Part shown: in pieces, positions 13,401-24,711 of the stretch
How positions within the stretch are numbered: position 1 is the first letter of the stretch
How the letters are laid out: each line of letters opens with the position of its first letter
Source: Naegleria gruberi
Lineage: Eukaryota
NCBI GenBank assembly: GCA_000004985.1
Contig: GG738848.1
Length of the DNA: 64,000 nt
Reading direction: 5' to 3' (one strand)
The notes under the pieces: model-generated
The model's database searches: none
Seen by the model: only the letters and a program-made list of their open reading frames with translations
What the model was told of the DNA's origin: nothing
Made by a program: the position numbers and the translations under genes

Positions 13401-15695
13401 TTTCAATTCACATATCTAGAAATTCTCTATTCAAACCAAAGAATGCATTCTTGATCGTTTCTGCCTTTTTAATTATTATTGTTTCAGTGAGTTGTGGAAT
13501 TTACCTTGACCAAACTTTGGGTAATTCAACATACAGTTTTGAATCATACATTACAATGGAGGATGGTTTCGATACAATGACTCACTTGCAGTATGTTTCC
13601 TTTATTGGAACAGAGTATTTTTCACATGTAACAACAAGTATTGTCGGTTCTGAAACGTTACAGCTACTTGATGATGATGAAGTAGAAGCAATGGAGGACA
13701 AATTGTCTTATCTTACAAAGCAATTGAGATATTTTTGGAATCTGTGTATGTATGGTTCTTCAGTTAAGGCATATGAAACTCTTGTGGTTGGTATGTTCCC
13801 AGAGACTGATCAAATGATTAGAGGTTCTGTGAATTGTACTGTTGAAAAGTTGTCTGAAACCTATATTGCTGGAGGTAACAATTCCACAACATGTGAAATG
13901 GGCATTGACTATATGGTACAAGATACCATTCTAATGATTTACAAAATGGTTCAAGATTTGGAAGGTGTTCATCATTCCAAGGGTAAAACATCAATATCCA
14001 CTCTGATTGATTTATTGAATGATTATTTTAAAATCAATTATATGACCAAGACCATTTCCTTAAAGTTAATTGAATTTTCCAACATTTTTGCTGTCAAGTC
14101 ATCAACTCCTCTATTGAACAACATGATTGGTCTGGCAGTGGTTGGATTTGCAAGTAACATAATTTGTGCCATATTAATGTTCCTCTTGTTGAATAATCAT
14201 AGAAGAAGTGCATTTGCAATGAGAGGTTTATTCAACTATCTTTCCATTGATACATTGGAGAATAATGAGAAATTGAGAAACTATGCTCTATACCATACTC
14301 TTGGAGACAATGTACTTTCTAAGCTCAAGACAAAGAAACAAACTCAAAACGGAGAAGATGCTAAAGTCAGATCCATTTTGAATGCTGCTGTTGATGGTGT
14401 TGTACTTTGCTCTAGCTCTGCAAGTATTGATATTTTCAATCCAGCAGCTCAGAGAATGTTTGGTAATCAACAAGAAGATGTTATTGGCAAATACATTTTC
14501 ACTCTATTTGCACCACAGCATCATGGAGAAATTAGAAAATCAATTGAGGGAATGAAACATACTGTATCAGCCAATGATTCAAAGGGAGAAACCTTTGAAA
14601 TTGAATGTATAAGAAAGAATAATACTACATTCCCAGCTACGGTCAATATTTTCGTAACAATTTTCGACAAGAAACCAATCATTACTTGTTTTATCAAGGA
14701 TATTACTTCAGAGAAGAAGGTATGTATTTAATCAAGTAGTTATTTTAATTTACTTTTTACAATAATAGCACAATTCATTACTTGCTGAGGAAAAGAAGAA
14801 TTCAGAGACCTTATTGTTGAATATTTTGCCTGGAGCTGTTGCTTCGAAACTTAAATCTGGAGCATCTCTTATTGCAGAAAGATTCCCAGATGTAACTTGT
14901 TTCTTCTCAGACATGGTTGGATTTACATCACTCTCTTCCAAGTTGACTCCCAATGATCTAGTCCAAATGCTTAATAGTATTGTTATGGGATTTGATGATT
15001 TGATGGATAAATATCACTTGGAAAAGATTAAGACTATTGGTGATGCTTACTTTGCAGCAGGTGGTTTGCATGATTTGAATGCTCAATCTGATCACCCGGA
15101 AAGAGTTTTGAGATTTGCTATTGATACCTTCTCTGTCATTAGAGCCTACAATTCTGAGCATAGAAAGGGAAGAGTAAATGAACAAATCAATATTAGAATT
15201 GGTATAAATACTGGACCAGTTGTAGCAGGTGTTATTGGTCGTAAGAAGTTTGCCTACGATTTATGGGGTGATTCAATTAATACAGCCTCAAGAATGGAAT
15301 CTAACAGCAAGCCTGGAAGAATTCAAATTTCACGTTCGACCTATGAGAGAGTTCACGATTTGGGATTCACCTTTGAAGAAAGAAAGATTGAAGTGAAAGG
15401 AAAAGGTTTAACTCAAACTTACTTACTAGATGCCAAACATCATCAATCTGCTGTACTAACAGAGGAGGAGCTTACTGTAACTATAACAACCAATCAAGAT
15501 CACTATCAAGATGCTGATATTGAGCTAGAAGAAAATGAGGAGAGTTACCTCGAATTGGAAAAAACACATTTAGAAAAACCAAGTTTGCCTGTTGGTCAAT
15601 CAATGACATTTGGAAGTGTCAGTGAAATGAGTGATGAGCCTAATCCAAAAACTATTCCAACGATTCCAACAATCACAACAACAGAATTTGAATAA
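10430..15695 (+). CDS. Large multi-pass membrane adenylyl cyclase of about 1740 aa. It has about 7 N-terminal TM helices, a roughly 600-aa loop region, about 4 further TM helices, a PAS domain and a class-III cyclase catalytic domain. Two exons: 10430..14719 and 14769..15695.
   Basis: The intron GTATGT..AATAG (14720..14768, 49 nt) joins ..DITSEKK to HNSLLAEEKKNSETLLLNILPGAV in frame. The PAS-like block is VDGVVLCSSSASIDIFNPAAQRMFGNQQEDVIGKYIF..FEIECIRKNNTTFPATV. The cyclase domain carries FSDMVGFT and KIKTIGDAY (both metal Asp residues), YDLWGDSINTASRMES (Asn and Arg present) and the specificity pair Lys (K-TIGDAY) and Asp (YDLWG). This pair predicts ATP specificity, i.e. an adenylyl cyclase. 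Confidence 0.8.
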
Positions 15696-15704
15696 ATATT
15701 AGGT

Positions 15705-16916
15705 TTATCTTCTTCTTGTATTTGCATTGGTAGGAGCAGTATTTGGTTGACGAGGAAGTTGAGGTGGTGTTGGAGTAGGTCCTACAACCTCTTCTTCTTC
15801 CTCTGATTCATCATCAACACCATGCATGTTTCTAAATTCTGTATGAGTTGCCTTGTCGACTGTTGAACCAGTCACTTCCGTCAAAAAGTTCAGTATTTGA
15901 TCCATATCTAACAACTCCTTTCTTAGCCTAGATCCATGTTGATAAATGTACAAGGGAGTTGCACTTTCCTTTGTTTTCATACCTAGTTCATCCTTATTCT
16001 TTTCAATATAAAATTGTTTTTCAAATTGTTGGATAAGTTTTTCAGGTAATCCAAACACAGAGTGATAATGTCCTTTTTCAATTCCAAGTTTTAACAGTAA
16101 TTTCCACATTTCCTCTTCATCCAAACGATTCTTTCTTATTTGAATAAGACAGACAATTACCATCAATAATCCTATTTGTGACTGTTCAAGTCCCTCCAAA
16201 CTAAATTCACGTCTCTTACGTTGAATACTGTTCGAACTTGCTTGTTTCTTTTCCTTTTTAGACAGGTCTAATAGTGGCAAACCATCAAGGTCTGCTGGTA
16301 ATAATCGAAGAATATATATTCCTGAAGACTTTTTCTTTTGTTTTTGAGTTTGTGTAGCTTGGGTTGACTTGGTGTTAACATCAGCATTTGTGTCATGCCT
16401 ATCTATTTCAACTAATTCAAATCCAAATATTTTGATGAATCTTTGTGAGGCTTTTCCGAGTAAATTATCGAGCAACCCCTTTCTCCCCTTGTATTTTTCA
16501 CCAAGAACCGTTGCATTCAAATCTTCTTTTTTAATTGGTAATTTGTTTGCATCTTTGAACAAACAAAATCTCATCAGACTTCCAATTAAATGTTCCTCTT
16601 CCTGTTCTAATAAATTAAAATTGGGAGGCTCTTGTGTTGCTTTTGGTTTTTTAGCTCGTGGATTACTTTGTGTGGTTTTTCTCTTCCTATTATTTGATGG
16701 TACAACTTCAGCCTCTTCTTCCGAGTCATATGAATCATCTTCCTGTTGTTGTGACGCAAAACGTTGTGATGATTGCGATTGTGATGGTGGTATTACTTTT
16801 CTCTTAGGTGCCTACAATACATTGATCATCATTCCAAATAACAAATCATCAAAAAATTCGTATGTGAGTTTGCAAATTAATTTGAAAACGTTTTCTCAAA
16901 ACAAATAACGTACCAT
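15705..16916 (-). CDS. MAGE-homology-domain protein (Nse3-like) of about 369 aa in 2 exons. Exon 1 is the ATG alone (16916..16914); the intron is 16913..16812; exon 2 is 16811..15705.
   Basis: The MAGE-domain core is ILRLLPADLDGLPLLD..GLLMVIVCLIQIRKNRLDEEEMWKLLLKLGI..HSVFGLPEKLIQQFEK. The ORF extends in frame upstream (APKRKVIPP..KRKTTQ basic N-terminus) to a tgtag acceptor. aaaaaaATGgtacgtt supplies the start codon followed directly by a donor. Confidence 0.6.
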
Positions 16917-16986
16917 TTTTTTCCCAATTATTTTTAGAAATATTTTTGGAGGCAAATCAATTTTAAATTTTATTATTTTAAAAAAA

Positions 16987-17799
16987 ATGGCAAGCAATGT
17001 GCAAAAGCGTTTGGTTTTGATTGGCTTGGGAAATCCTGGTGATAAGTACAAGCTCACCCGACACAATATTGGTTGGATGATTGTTAATGAATTCATCAAG
17101 GAATATTCATTTCCGGCTTTGAGAGAATCTAACAATGATGCCATGTTGTCGCAGAGGGAAAATGTTTCGTTTTGGACACCTTCGGAATTGAGAAGAAGTT
17201 TTGTTGAGAAAGAAATTCAACGTTTGAGGAGTAAATGGTATCATGAAAAGAAGAGGGAATTAGGAGCTAATTTTGATGAAAATAATATTCAATATCCAAA
17301 CTTTGGAAATGCTGACATTGGTATGAAACAATTGGAGGATCGTGTGAAAAATATTATTGCTTATCCTACATTGGATGTTCACTGCATGTTACCATTATCT
17401 TTTATGAATTTGAGTGGTGGACCTGTCAAGAAATATTTGGATATGAATGGAATGAAAATTAATCAATTGGAGGATGTGAATAGAATTTTGGTTATTACCG
17501 ATGATGTTTCACAACCATTTGGAACATTTAAATTAAAAGCTAAGGGAACACATGGAGGACATAATGGACTCAGGGATATTGAAGCCAAGCTTGGAACTGA
17601 TAAATATCACAGACTTAAAGTTGGTATTGCTCCACTCAAAAATCCAGATATGGCCAAACAAGCAGGTCAAGATTTGGCCAGTTTTGTCTTGGGCAATTTC
17701 ACTCATGAAGAACAAAAAGACTTGCCAAAAGTCGTCTCTAGGGGTGTTGAAATTTTGAAAGACTACATTTCATTTGACTTCAAGTATGTCAAGACGTAA
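16987..17799 (+). CDS. Peptidyl-tRNA hydrolase, bacterial-type Pth1 family, likely organellar.
   Basis: 270-aa ORF with LIGLGNPGDKY..TRHNIGW and HGGHNGLRD motifs. The Pth fold carries a lineage-specific insertion. The start context is A-rich. Confidence 0.8.
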   Translation: MASNVQKRLVLIGLGNPGDKYKLTRHNIGWMIVNEFIKEYSFPALRESNNDAMLSQRENVSFWTPSELRRSFVEKEIQRLRSKWYHEKKRELGANFDENNIQYPNFGNADIGMKQLEDRVKNIIAYPTLDVHCMLPLSFMNLSGGPVKKYLDMNGMKINQLEDVNRILVITDDVSQPFGTFKLKAKGTHGGHNGLRDIEAKLGTDKYHRLKVGIAPLKNPDMAKQAGQDLASFVLGNFTHEEQKDLPKVVSRGVEILKDYISFDFKYVKT

Positions 17800-17843
17800 T
17801 TGAGTATCATTGTAAGCAAACTTCAACTTTCCACAATAAAAAA

Positions 17844-19288
17844 ATGCCTCCACGAAAAGCTTCCACACCTACATCAGCAGAGAAGAGAAAACGAGAAAAA
17901 CTCTCTTCGGGATTGAATTTGTCAGAGGAAGAAGCGAAAATGCTTGATCTTGCCATATCGGGTGGTATTAGCAACACATCACCATCTGGTAATCCAGTTA
18001 CACCAACAAAAAAGAGAAAATCAGAATCAACTAGCGAAAGAGCCTTGTTGGAAAGAAAGATGGTAGAGACTGCCAATGAATTAACCTCTCCAACAGCTTT
18101 ATCTTCTCCATCTTCTTCGGAGAAACGAGTTTTCAAAACCCCAACCCGATTGAACAAAAAAGTTGAGACTCCCTCCAGTAGTACTTCATCTAGTAGCACC
18201 ACCACTGCTTCTGCAAAATCTTCTCCAAAATCTTCTCCTCGTACTACACCAACTAAAACAACAACTCCAACAAGAACCACTTCAACTCCAACCACTCCAT
18301 CATTTAGTAGTGATGGATTTTATAGTGAGGAGCAAACTAGAGGTGGTGAGGATACAAATCAATTGAATGCTGTAGCACTGTTTGTGGAAAATGCTGCAGA
18401 TTTTCAATTTTCAGATACTCATGTAGCTTTTTTAAAGCTCAGACAGGAAATTCAAAACTCAATTCTGAGTTGTAAACATTTGATGAAATTTATTTTTCCT
18501 CCAATAATTTTAAAGCATTTACTTTACAATGAAAATGTAATTAGTGGACAAACACCAACTCAAATAGAACAAACTATTAATCAAATGATTGATACAAATG
18601 AAATAAGAAAATTCTACATTGACAGAAGTATTTACAGAGATATATTTGGATTTGTTTTTATGGAGGATTATATTAAAACTATGTGGATTCAACACGAGGT
18701 AAGTTAGTGGTAGTAGTTCAGCAGAAAATATTAAACCATTTAACCAAGACCTATATTAATAATTTAGAAAATACTTTGAACGAAGAGGATAAATCAAGAT
18801 TACCAGTATTTCAGGAGGAAAGAAAGAAAGAAATTAAAAAATTGCTCAGTGCTTCTAGAATTAATGAACTGAAAGATATTGTCAAGAAATTCTGTGAGCT
18901 TGTATTACCAATGATAAAAGAACCTTTCATTGAGAAGAGAGATTTAATCGATTTACTTTTCGAAGAAAATGATTCAAAGCAAATCACTCATGATGAAGCC
19001 ATAACACACCTCATGTCACTAGGTGCCCTAACTATAAGAGATATTGAAAGTTTCTTCTTCTCCATACCAAACCTCTCTCAATTCATGTATTATCTACACA
19101 ATGGAAGAAAAGAAATATTGAATGTATTGAGGAGAAAGCAATTCAAAGAAATAATGGTAAACACCTTGCTTCAAAAAAATATTAGAAATACCATCTTCAA
19201 TCCAATGTTTCACATAAGGGATATGATTGGGGACGGAGATGTCACCGTAATCGACATCAATGGACAAGCTATGCTAAGGCTAAAATAG
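17844..19288 (+). CDS. Hypothetical nuclear protein with a Ser/Thr/Pro-rich, NLS-bearing N-terminus. Two exons: 17844..18699 and about 18723..19288.
   Basis: The GTAAGT..TTCAG intron at 18700..18722 region links ..MWIQHE to QKILNHLTK in frame. The N-terminus MPPRKASTPTSAEKRKREK is basic. No confident domain assignment. Confidence 0.45.
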
Positions 19289-19365
19289 GGAAGCATTTTT
19301 GTTACAAATTTAGCCAACATTTACAAACTGGATGGAAATAATGTATTTATTTTAGTAACTTGGCA

Positions 19366-19405
19366 AATTAGTACCAAGTAACTACAGGTTGTTTTGGTAC
19401 TAATT
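19366..19405. promoter_or_regulatory. Hairpin with a 12-nt perfect inverted repeat, AATTAGTACCAA (19366..19377) and TTGGTACTAATT (19394..19405), and a 16-nt loop. It lies between a gene end (19288) and the histidine-kinase start (19651).
   Basis: Read directly from the sequence. A perfect palindrome ATATCTAGATAT follows at 19587..19598, about 55 bp upstream of the HK ATG. Confidence 0.3.
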
Positions 19406-19650
19406 CCTCAGTTCATACACTAATTAACCTGAGTGATTAAGATTCCACCAAATTACTGCTAGATATCGAATTAGGGCAAAGCGTACCCCTTGGTTGTCTT
19501 TCTGGTTGAAGGATTCTCCGTGTCTAACGATCATGAAGAAATAGTTTACTATTTTGAATAGAGAAATACTACAAAAAAAAACCGATCATATCTAGATATC
19601 ACACAACCACGGGTGAAAATTAGCTTCTAATCTATTTTTTTCACCAACAC

Positions 19651-22600
19651 ATGCCTTCGCCATCTCTTCTTGATAATCCTTTTCAAGCTGTGCAAAGCAC
19701 ATCTGCTTTGTACACAATCAATATTAGATCTTTCTTTCTTCAAAAGAGAGATCGAATTGTTTTCTTGTCAGTTGTGATCATACTACTAACTCTTATACTT
19801 CCGCTATATCATGATATTTATTATGAGAATAGTTTACTTTCAAATACAATATTTTGCACAAATAATTTAAATAATGAGAGGTCAAATCAAATATTTTCGA
19901 CTGATGAATGGTCTGATAGCATGCACTGCAATTCTTATGTTGCAAACCATCCATTCATCAAGAATTGTCAATTCTCTGACTATTTTCCTCAATTTTTAAG
20001 AAGCATTCCAAAGATTTATATAATTTTTGCTGAATACGCGATCAAATTTATAATTTACATGTTTCTGTTGATGATATATTGGAGATTTCATAATGTAATG
20101 AACAAGCTCTTCAAGTTTTTATTACTTAATGAAACAATAGAAATGGAAAATGAGGCAAGGCAGCAAAGAACCTCAGGGGAATCACATCATGTGTACCTGC
20201 TGTGTTCTGAAGTTTCTAGATGTTTGTGTTCATCAATTTGGATAATGAGTGTACAAATGGTGTTGGGAAGAAATGCTCCAGCTTTTTTATGGATTTTAGT
20301 ATATAGTTGTCTTGGTTCGGTTGCTCTAGAAATGAGTAAGAAGCCAAGTATCGATTCCAAACAACAAACACATGTGACGCCTCCACCTGAACGTTTGCCC
20401 ATGTACAGAAAAATATTTAACTTTTTAAGGAAACTAATAATAGGCACACATGCGACAACATACGTTACTATTACAGTAATGGTGATATGTGAGCTCTTTG
20501 TAATGATTTACTATTTGAAATATTCAGCTTCATTTTGCTCATGCGTTGTAGTTTCTATTCTTATTGTACAAGTAATGACTATTGAATTGATAGATTTTAT
20601 GAGAAATCACTCTATTGAGTTTGTACAACAACGAGAGATGCAAAGTATGAAAAAAGTAGCCAATTTATATAAGAATCTATACATGACAGCACCTGACACA
20701 TTTCTCTCATGTGTATGCGATAGTGATGATGTATTAGTAAGACCATCCGATACAAAGGTGGAATCAGCATACTTGTTTCTTCAGTCATTCAAGATTGTCC
20801 AATACAACAACACAGCAATAGATACACTTTCATGTGCTTCCTCACTCTCCATTAATCCTGATAATTATTATAATCATTCAGATCATGAAGTGACTCTTGG
20901 TGATGTGATTATTAATCCTTACAAAGAATCTGATGAGGTAATGAGAACAGCAGCACTTGGAGGAAATTTACTCAGTGTCAGCGATTTACAAAACTCTGCT
21001 GTGTTGAAGCTTGGTGAAGTGTTGCAGGATGTTATTCAATCACCTTTTGACCAAACATCTAAGCAAACACCAACTCACGAGAGAATCCTCCCCTTGTTTG
21101 TTAAAGGAAAAAATCAAACAATACTAACATGCTCTTTGAGTATATCAAAGATTTTGCTCTATGATATCGACTCTGCAGGTGAGGGAATGGTCTTTTTTAA
21201 TATCATTCTTCACGACATTACTCAAAAATACAAACTATTGGATGAAATCAATGTAGAAAAGGAGAAAGCTATTGAGGCCAACAAAGCAAAGAGTCAATTT
21301 TTAGCACAAATGTCGCACGAATTGCGAACTCCTCTTCATGGTATTATTGGCCTTACTGATGTGTTGCTATCAAAATGTAAAGAAGAAACAGAAAATGAGA
21401 AAAACTTGGACACGTTTGATAAGGCTGTAAATCTCAATAATATTTGCAAGGATAGCGCCACTATTGCATTTGTGGAAAGTGAAAAATCTCACTCACCAGT
21501 ATTGGAACAACAAACGAACATTATTCAGACAATAAGGTATAGTGGTAACATTTTACTAGGCCTTATTAATGACTTATTGGATATTTGCAAGATTGAATCC
21601 TCGAAAATCAAGTTGGAAAATAAGAAGTTCAATTTGAGACGTGCTATTGACCAAATTCATTGTGGAATGTTTCAATTACAAGCTAGAGAAAAATCATTAG
21701 AGTTCAATTTACAGCTCGGTGAGAATGTTCCAACTTTTATAGTTGGCGACGAGTATCGTCTTGTTCAAATCCTTATCAACCTGGTATACAATGCCATTAA
21801 ATTCACCGATATGGGATCAGTTTCTCTCATTATTGAGTCAAAACCACCATCTGAAGACAACGTTTATGAGCTTACATTTAAGGTAACTGATACTGGAATC
21901 GGAATTTCGCAACATGATTTGAAGAGATTGTTTCAACCCTTCTCTCAAATATTGAGCACTTCACACAAGCAGACCAAGATTAATGAAGGTACTGGCTTGG
22001 GTCTTTACATTTGCAAACAACTTGTCGAAATGATGAGAGGTACCTTGTGTGTTGATAGTGAGGAAGGCGTGGGAAGCACTTTCTGGTTTACCATTAAATT
22101 CCATGGTGAGTTTATTCCTGGCTTTGAAGAAACAACCCGCTCCAAGATACTTTCTAAGAATGTATCGTCTAAATCACTGCTATCCCTAGAAAATTGCAAG
22201 AAAAATGAGCTAACAACAGTTAGAACACCAACTATTGAGGATTTTGAATCAAGTTTACCAAAATTGAAAATTCTAATAGTTGAGGATAATGCAATCAATA
22301 GAATTGTTTTGATTAATATGTTGAAGAAAATTGGTTGTACAAATATTGCAGTGGCTCAAGATGGTTTGGAGGGTGTTCAACAATTTGAAGAATTTAAAAA
22401 GACCAATCAACTTTTTGATATAATTTTTGTTGACATTTTCATGCCTAGATTGGATGGTTATGGAACTGTAAGAAGAATACTGGAACTAGAATCCAACGAT
22501 CCTTCCGATCATCACTCGATTCTAGTAGCCCTGACAGCAAATGGGTTTGAGGAAACCAGAAATTATTGTCTAGAGCATGGATTTGATGTGTTTATGAGCA

Positions 22601-22680
22601 AGCCATTCTCAATTACTGATTTAGAGCAGTGTGTAACAAATTGCATGACCAGAATCCATCCAAGTAGTATAATTCCGTAA
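19651..22680 (+). CDS. Hybrid sensor histidine kinase with a C-terminal receiver (response-regulator) domain and an N-terminal multi-TM sensor region.
   Basis: 1009-aa ORF. The HisKA H-box is SQFLAQMSHELRTPLHGI. The HATPase N and G boxes are LINLVYNAIKFTD and GTGLGLYICKQLVEMMRGTLCVDSEEGVGSTFWF. The receiver is KILIVEDNAINRIVL..FDIIFVDIFMPRLDGYG..SKPF, with the phospho-accepting Asp in FVDIFMP. Hydrophobic segments are present in the first roughly 300 aa. Confidence 0.85.
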   Translation: MPSPSLLDNPFQAVQSTSALYTINIRSFFLQKRDRIVFLSVVIILLTLILPLYHDIYYENSLLSNTIFCTNNLNNERSNQIFSTDEWSDSMHCNSYVANHPFIKNCQFSDYFPQFLRSIPKIYIIFAEYAIKFIIYMFLLMIYWRFHNVMNKLFKFLLLNETIEMENEARQQRTSGESHHVYLLCSEVSRCLCSSIWIMSVQMVLGRNAPAFLWILVYSCLGSVALEMSKKPSIDSKQQTHVTPPPERLPMYRKIFNFLRKLIIGTHATTYVTITVMVICELFVMIYYLKYSASFCSCVVVSILIVQVMTIELIDFMRNHSIEFVQQREMQSMKKVANLYKNLYMTAPDTFLSCVCDSDDVLVRPSDTKVESAYLFLQSFKIVQYNNTAIDTLSCASSLSINPDNYYNHSDHEVTLGDVIINPYKESDEVMRTAALGGNLLSVSDLQNSAVLKLGEVLQDVIQSPFDQTSKQTPTHERILPLFVKGKNQTILTCSLSISKILLYDIDSAGEGMVFFNIILHDITQKYKLLDEINVEKEKAIEANKAKSQFLAQMSHELRTPLHGIIGLTDVLLSKCKEETENEKNLDTFDKAVNLNNICKDSATIAFVESEKSHSPVLEQQTNIIQTIRYSGNILLGLINDLLDICKIESSKIKLENKKFNLRRAIDQIHCGMFQLQAREKSLEFNLQLGENVPTFIVGDEYRLVQILINLVYNAIKFTDMGSVSLIIESKPPSEDNVYELTFKVTDTGIGISQHDLKRLFQPFSQILSTSHKQTKINEGTGLGLYICKQLVEMMRGTLCVDSEEGVGSTFWFTIKFHGEFIPGFEETTRSKILSKNVSSKSLLSLENCKKNELTTVRTPTIEDFESSLPKLKILIVEDNAINRIVLINMLKKIGCTNIAVAQDGLEGVQQFEEFKKTNQLFDIIFVDIFMPRLDGYGTVRRILELESNDPSDHHSILVALTANGFEETRNYCLEHGFDVFMSKPFSITDLEQCVTNCMTRIHPSSIIP

Positions 22681-22903
22681 ATTTATTTTTACAAAATTTC
22701 AGTCGGAAGTGATATTGAAGTTAAAATAATTCAGGCTGAATTACATCTCTTGACATTTAAAAACTCCAATTAGACACTTCAATGAAAGATGAAGTTTTTT
22801 GTCGGGCGCTATGTCGTTCGCTTAGTCGCAAACATGCCGCCAGTTGACTAGAACCGATCATTAAGAACTGCACCAATGTTAAATAATACAACATATCAAA
22901 AAA

Positions 22904-24541
22904 ATGGAAGATATTCTTGTAACTTGTTTCGTGTACATCCCTCTTGGATGTATTCTTTTACTTTCAATCTTATTGGTGGAAAGATACGTTCAATATAAGA
23001 AACTTTGCAAAAAATATGAACACTTACCAGGTGTTACTCAATTTTTACCACCTCACATTGCTCAATTCCTTCCTAAATGGATGCTCCCAGATGGAATCAT
23101 TGATAATCCATTCGAAATCTTTACTCCAGACACAATCCTTCGAATCATTAAGGAAAATAATAGTGATTACTTTAAAATCATATTTGGTATTGCCAATTTA
23201 TCATTTGTTATTGGTGACTGTCCTGAATTAGCCAAAGAATTTGCAACCAAGGGTGCAAAAGTATTCAGAAAAACAGAATTTATGGACAGATCGAGTAAAG
23301 AATTATTTTTTGGAACCAACGTATTTGCTGAGCCAGACCACCATACTTGGTTAAAGCATAGACAATTAATTGATCAAAGTTTTTCACCATCCAATTTGAA
23401 ACTTGTTGCAGATGTTACTAATGAAGTGGTTGAGAAGGATATGATTCCTGCCATTAATTCTCAACTTGAAAGAAGAGATGTAATGGTTGACATGGCGAGA
23501 TTGACAATGGATGTTATTGGAAAGGCAGCTTTTGGATATAGTCTTAATTCATTCCATTCAAAGCCAGGTGAAGTAACCTTGGAACAACAAGGTAATATTT
23601 TTATGAGCTATCTTGATTATCTGAGAGTTATTCCAACAAAATTTTTGAGAAGTAACCTCAAAATTGGTGCTGTTGGTAAATTGCACTTTGCTGTTAAATC
23701 ATTCACTGATGTCATTAGTAAGATTATTGAAAAGAGAGAACGAAGTGATGATAAAGATGAAGCTGCCGATATTTTGTCTCTCCTATTGAAGGAGAGAAAG
23801 AATAATAGAGATCAATCGAGTGGTGGCATTTTGACTGATGAAGAACTAGTGTCAAATTCATTTGTGTTATTAGTGGCCGGCCATGATACTACGTCTAGAA
23901 CACTTGGTTATGCCACTTACTTACTCTCCAAGAATCCTCATATTCAACAAGAATTGCACGATGCAGTTGACAAAGTCGTAAAGGAAACTGGAAAAGATAC
24001 ATTTGATTTCTCAGACTATGAAAGTGGAAGATTGGACTATGTGAAAGCAGTATTTAATGAAGTGTTGAGATTAATCCCTGTTGCTTTTGGTTCTTTCAGA
24101 GATTTAACCAAAAATGTTGAATATAACGGAACAGTATTTCCAAAAGGAGCCATTTTTGGCATTTCATTTGTTCACACTCTCGTCAATGAAAAGTATTGGG
24201 ACGAACCATTATCTTTCAAACCAATGAGATTTATCAAGGATGGAAAGTTTATTGTTCCAAACAGTAATCCATTTGTTTTCACGCCATTTGGTGTCGGTGG
24301 AAGAATTTGTGCAGTAAGTTATTGAAATCAATCATCATGATTATTAATATTCTCTCTATTATCTATATATCAATAGGGTCGTTATTTCTCAACAGTTGAA
24401 GGATTATGTGCATTGGCCAAGTTAGCTAGAACCTACTCTTTCAAACTCTCAGATCCAAATTATGTTGTTCAACACGAAATGCACATTACATTGAAGCCAA
24501 AAGAGACTCTCTATGTTGATTTCATTCCTCGTCAACTCTAA
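22904..24541 (+). CDS. Cytochrome P450 monooxygenase in 2 exons: 22904..24313 and about 24377..24541.
   Basis: N-terminal membrane anchor. ETLR and PERF-like regions are present. The heme-loop FGVGGRICA|G is split by a GTAAGT..CAATAG intron of about 63 nt, and exon 2 supplies GRYFSTVEGL..DFIPRQL*. Confidence 0.8.
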
Positions 24542-24711
24542 TACCTATATTCTTCCGTTGCGCCTAATAATAAAACAAACTACCTTACTGCATCTTTGTT
24601 CTATCTCTTGAACTAATTCCGTGAAGTCTTCACATCCTATTAAGGTCAAATTACCATCCTCTTTGCAGGCAATAAATCCGAGAAAAACGCATTGCGAATA
24701 ACTCAAAGAAA

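Noticed and set aside
19440-19540. A tRNA-like or snRNA-like stretch (gggcaaagcgtacccttggttgtctttctggttgaaggattctccgtg).
   Set aside because: It cannot be folded into a cloverleaf, it has no GTTCGA T-loop or conserved D-loop, and no Sm site is recognisable. It is kept only as part of the promoter-region note.
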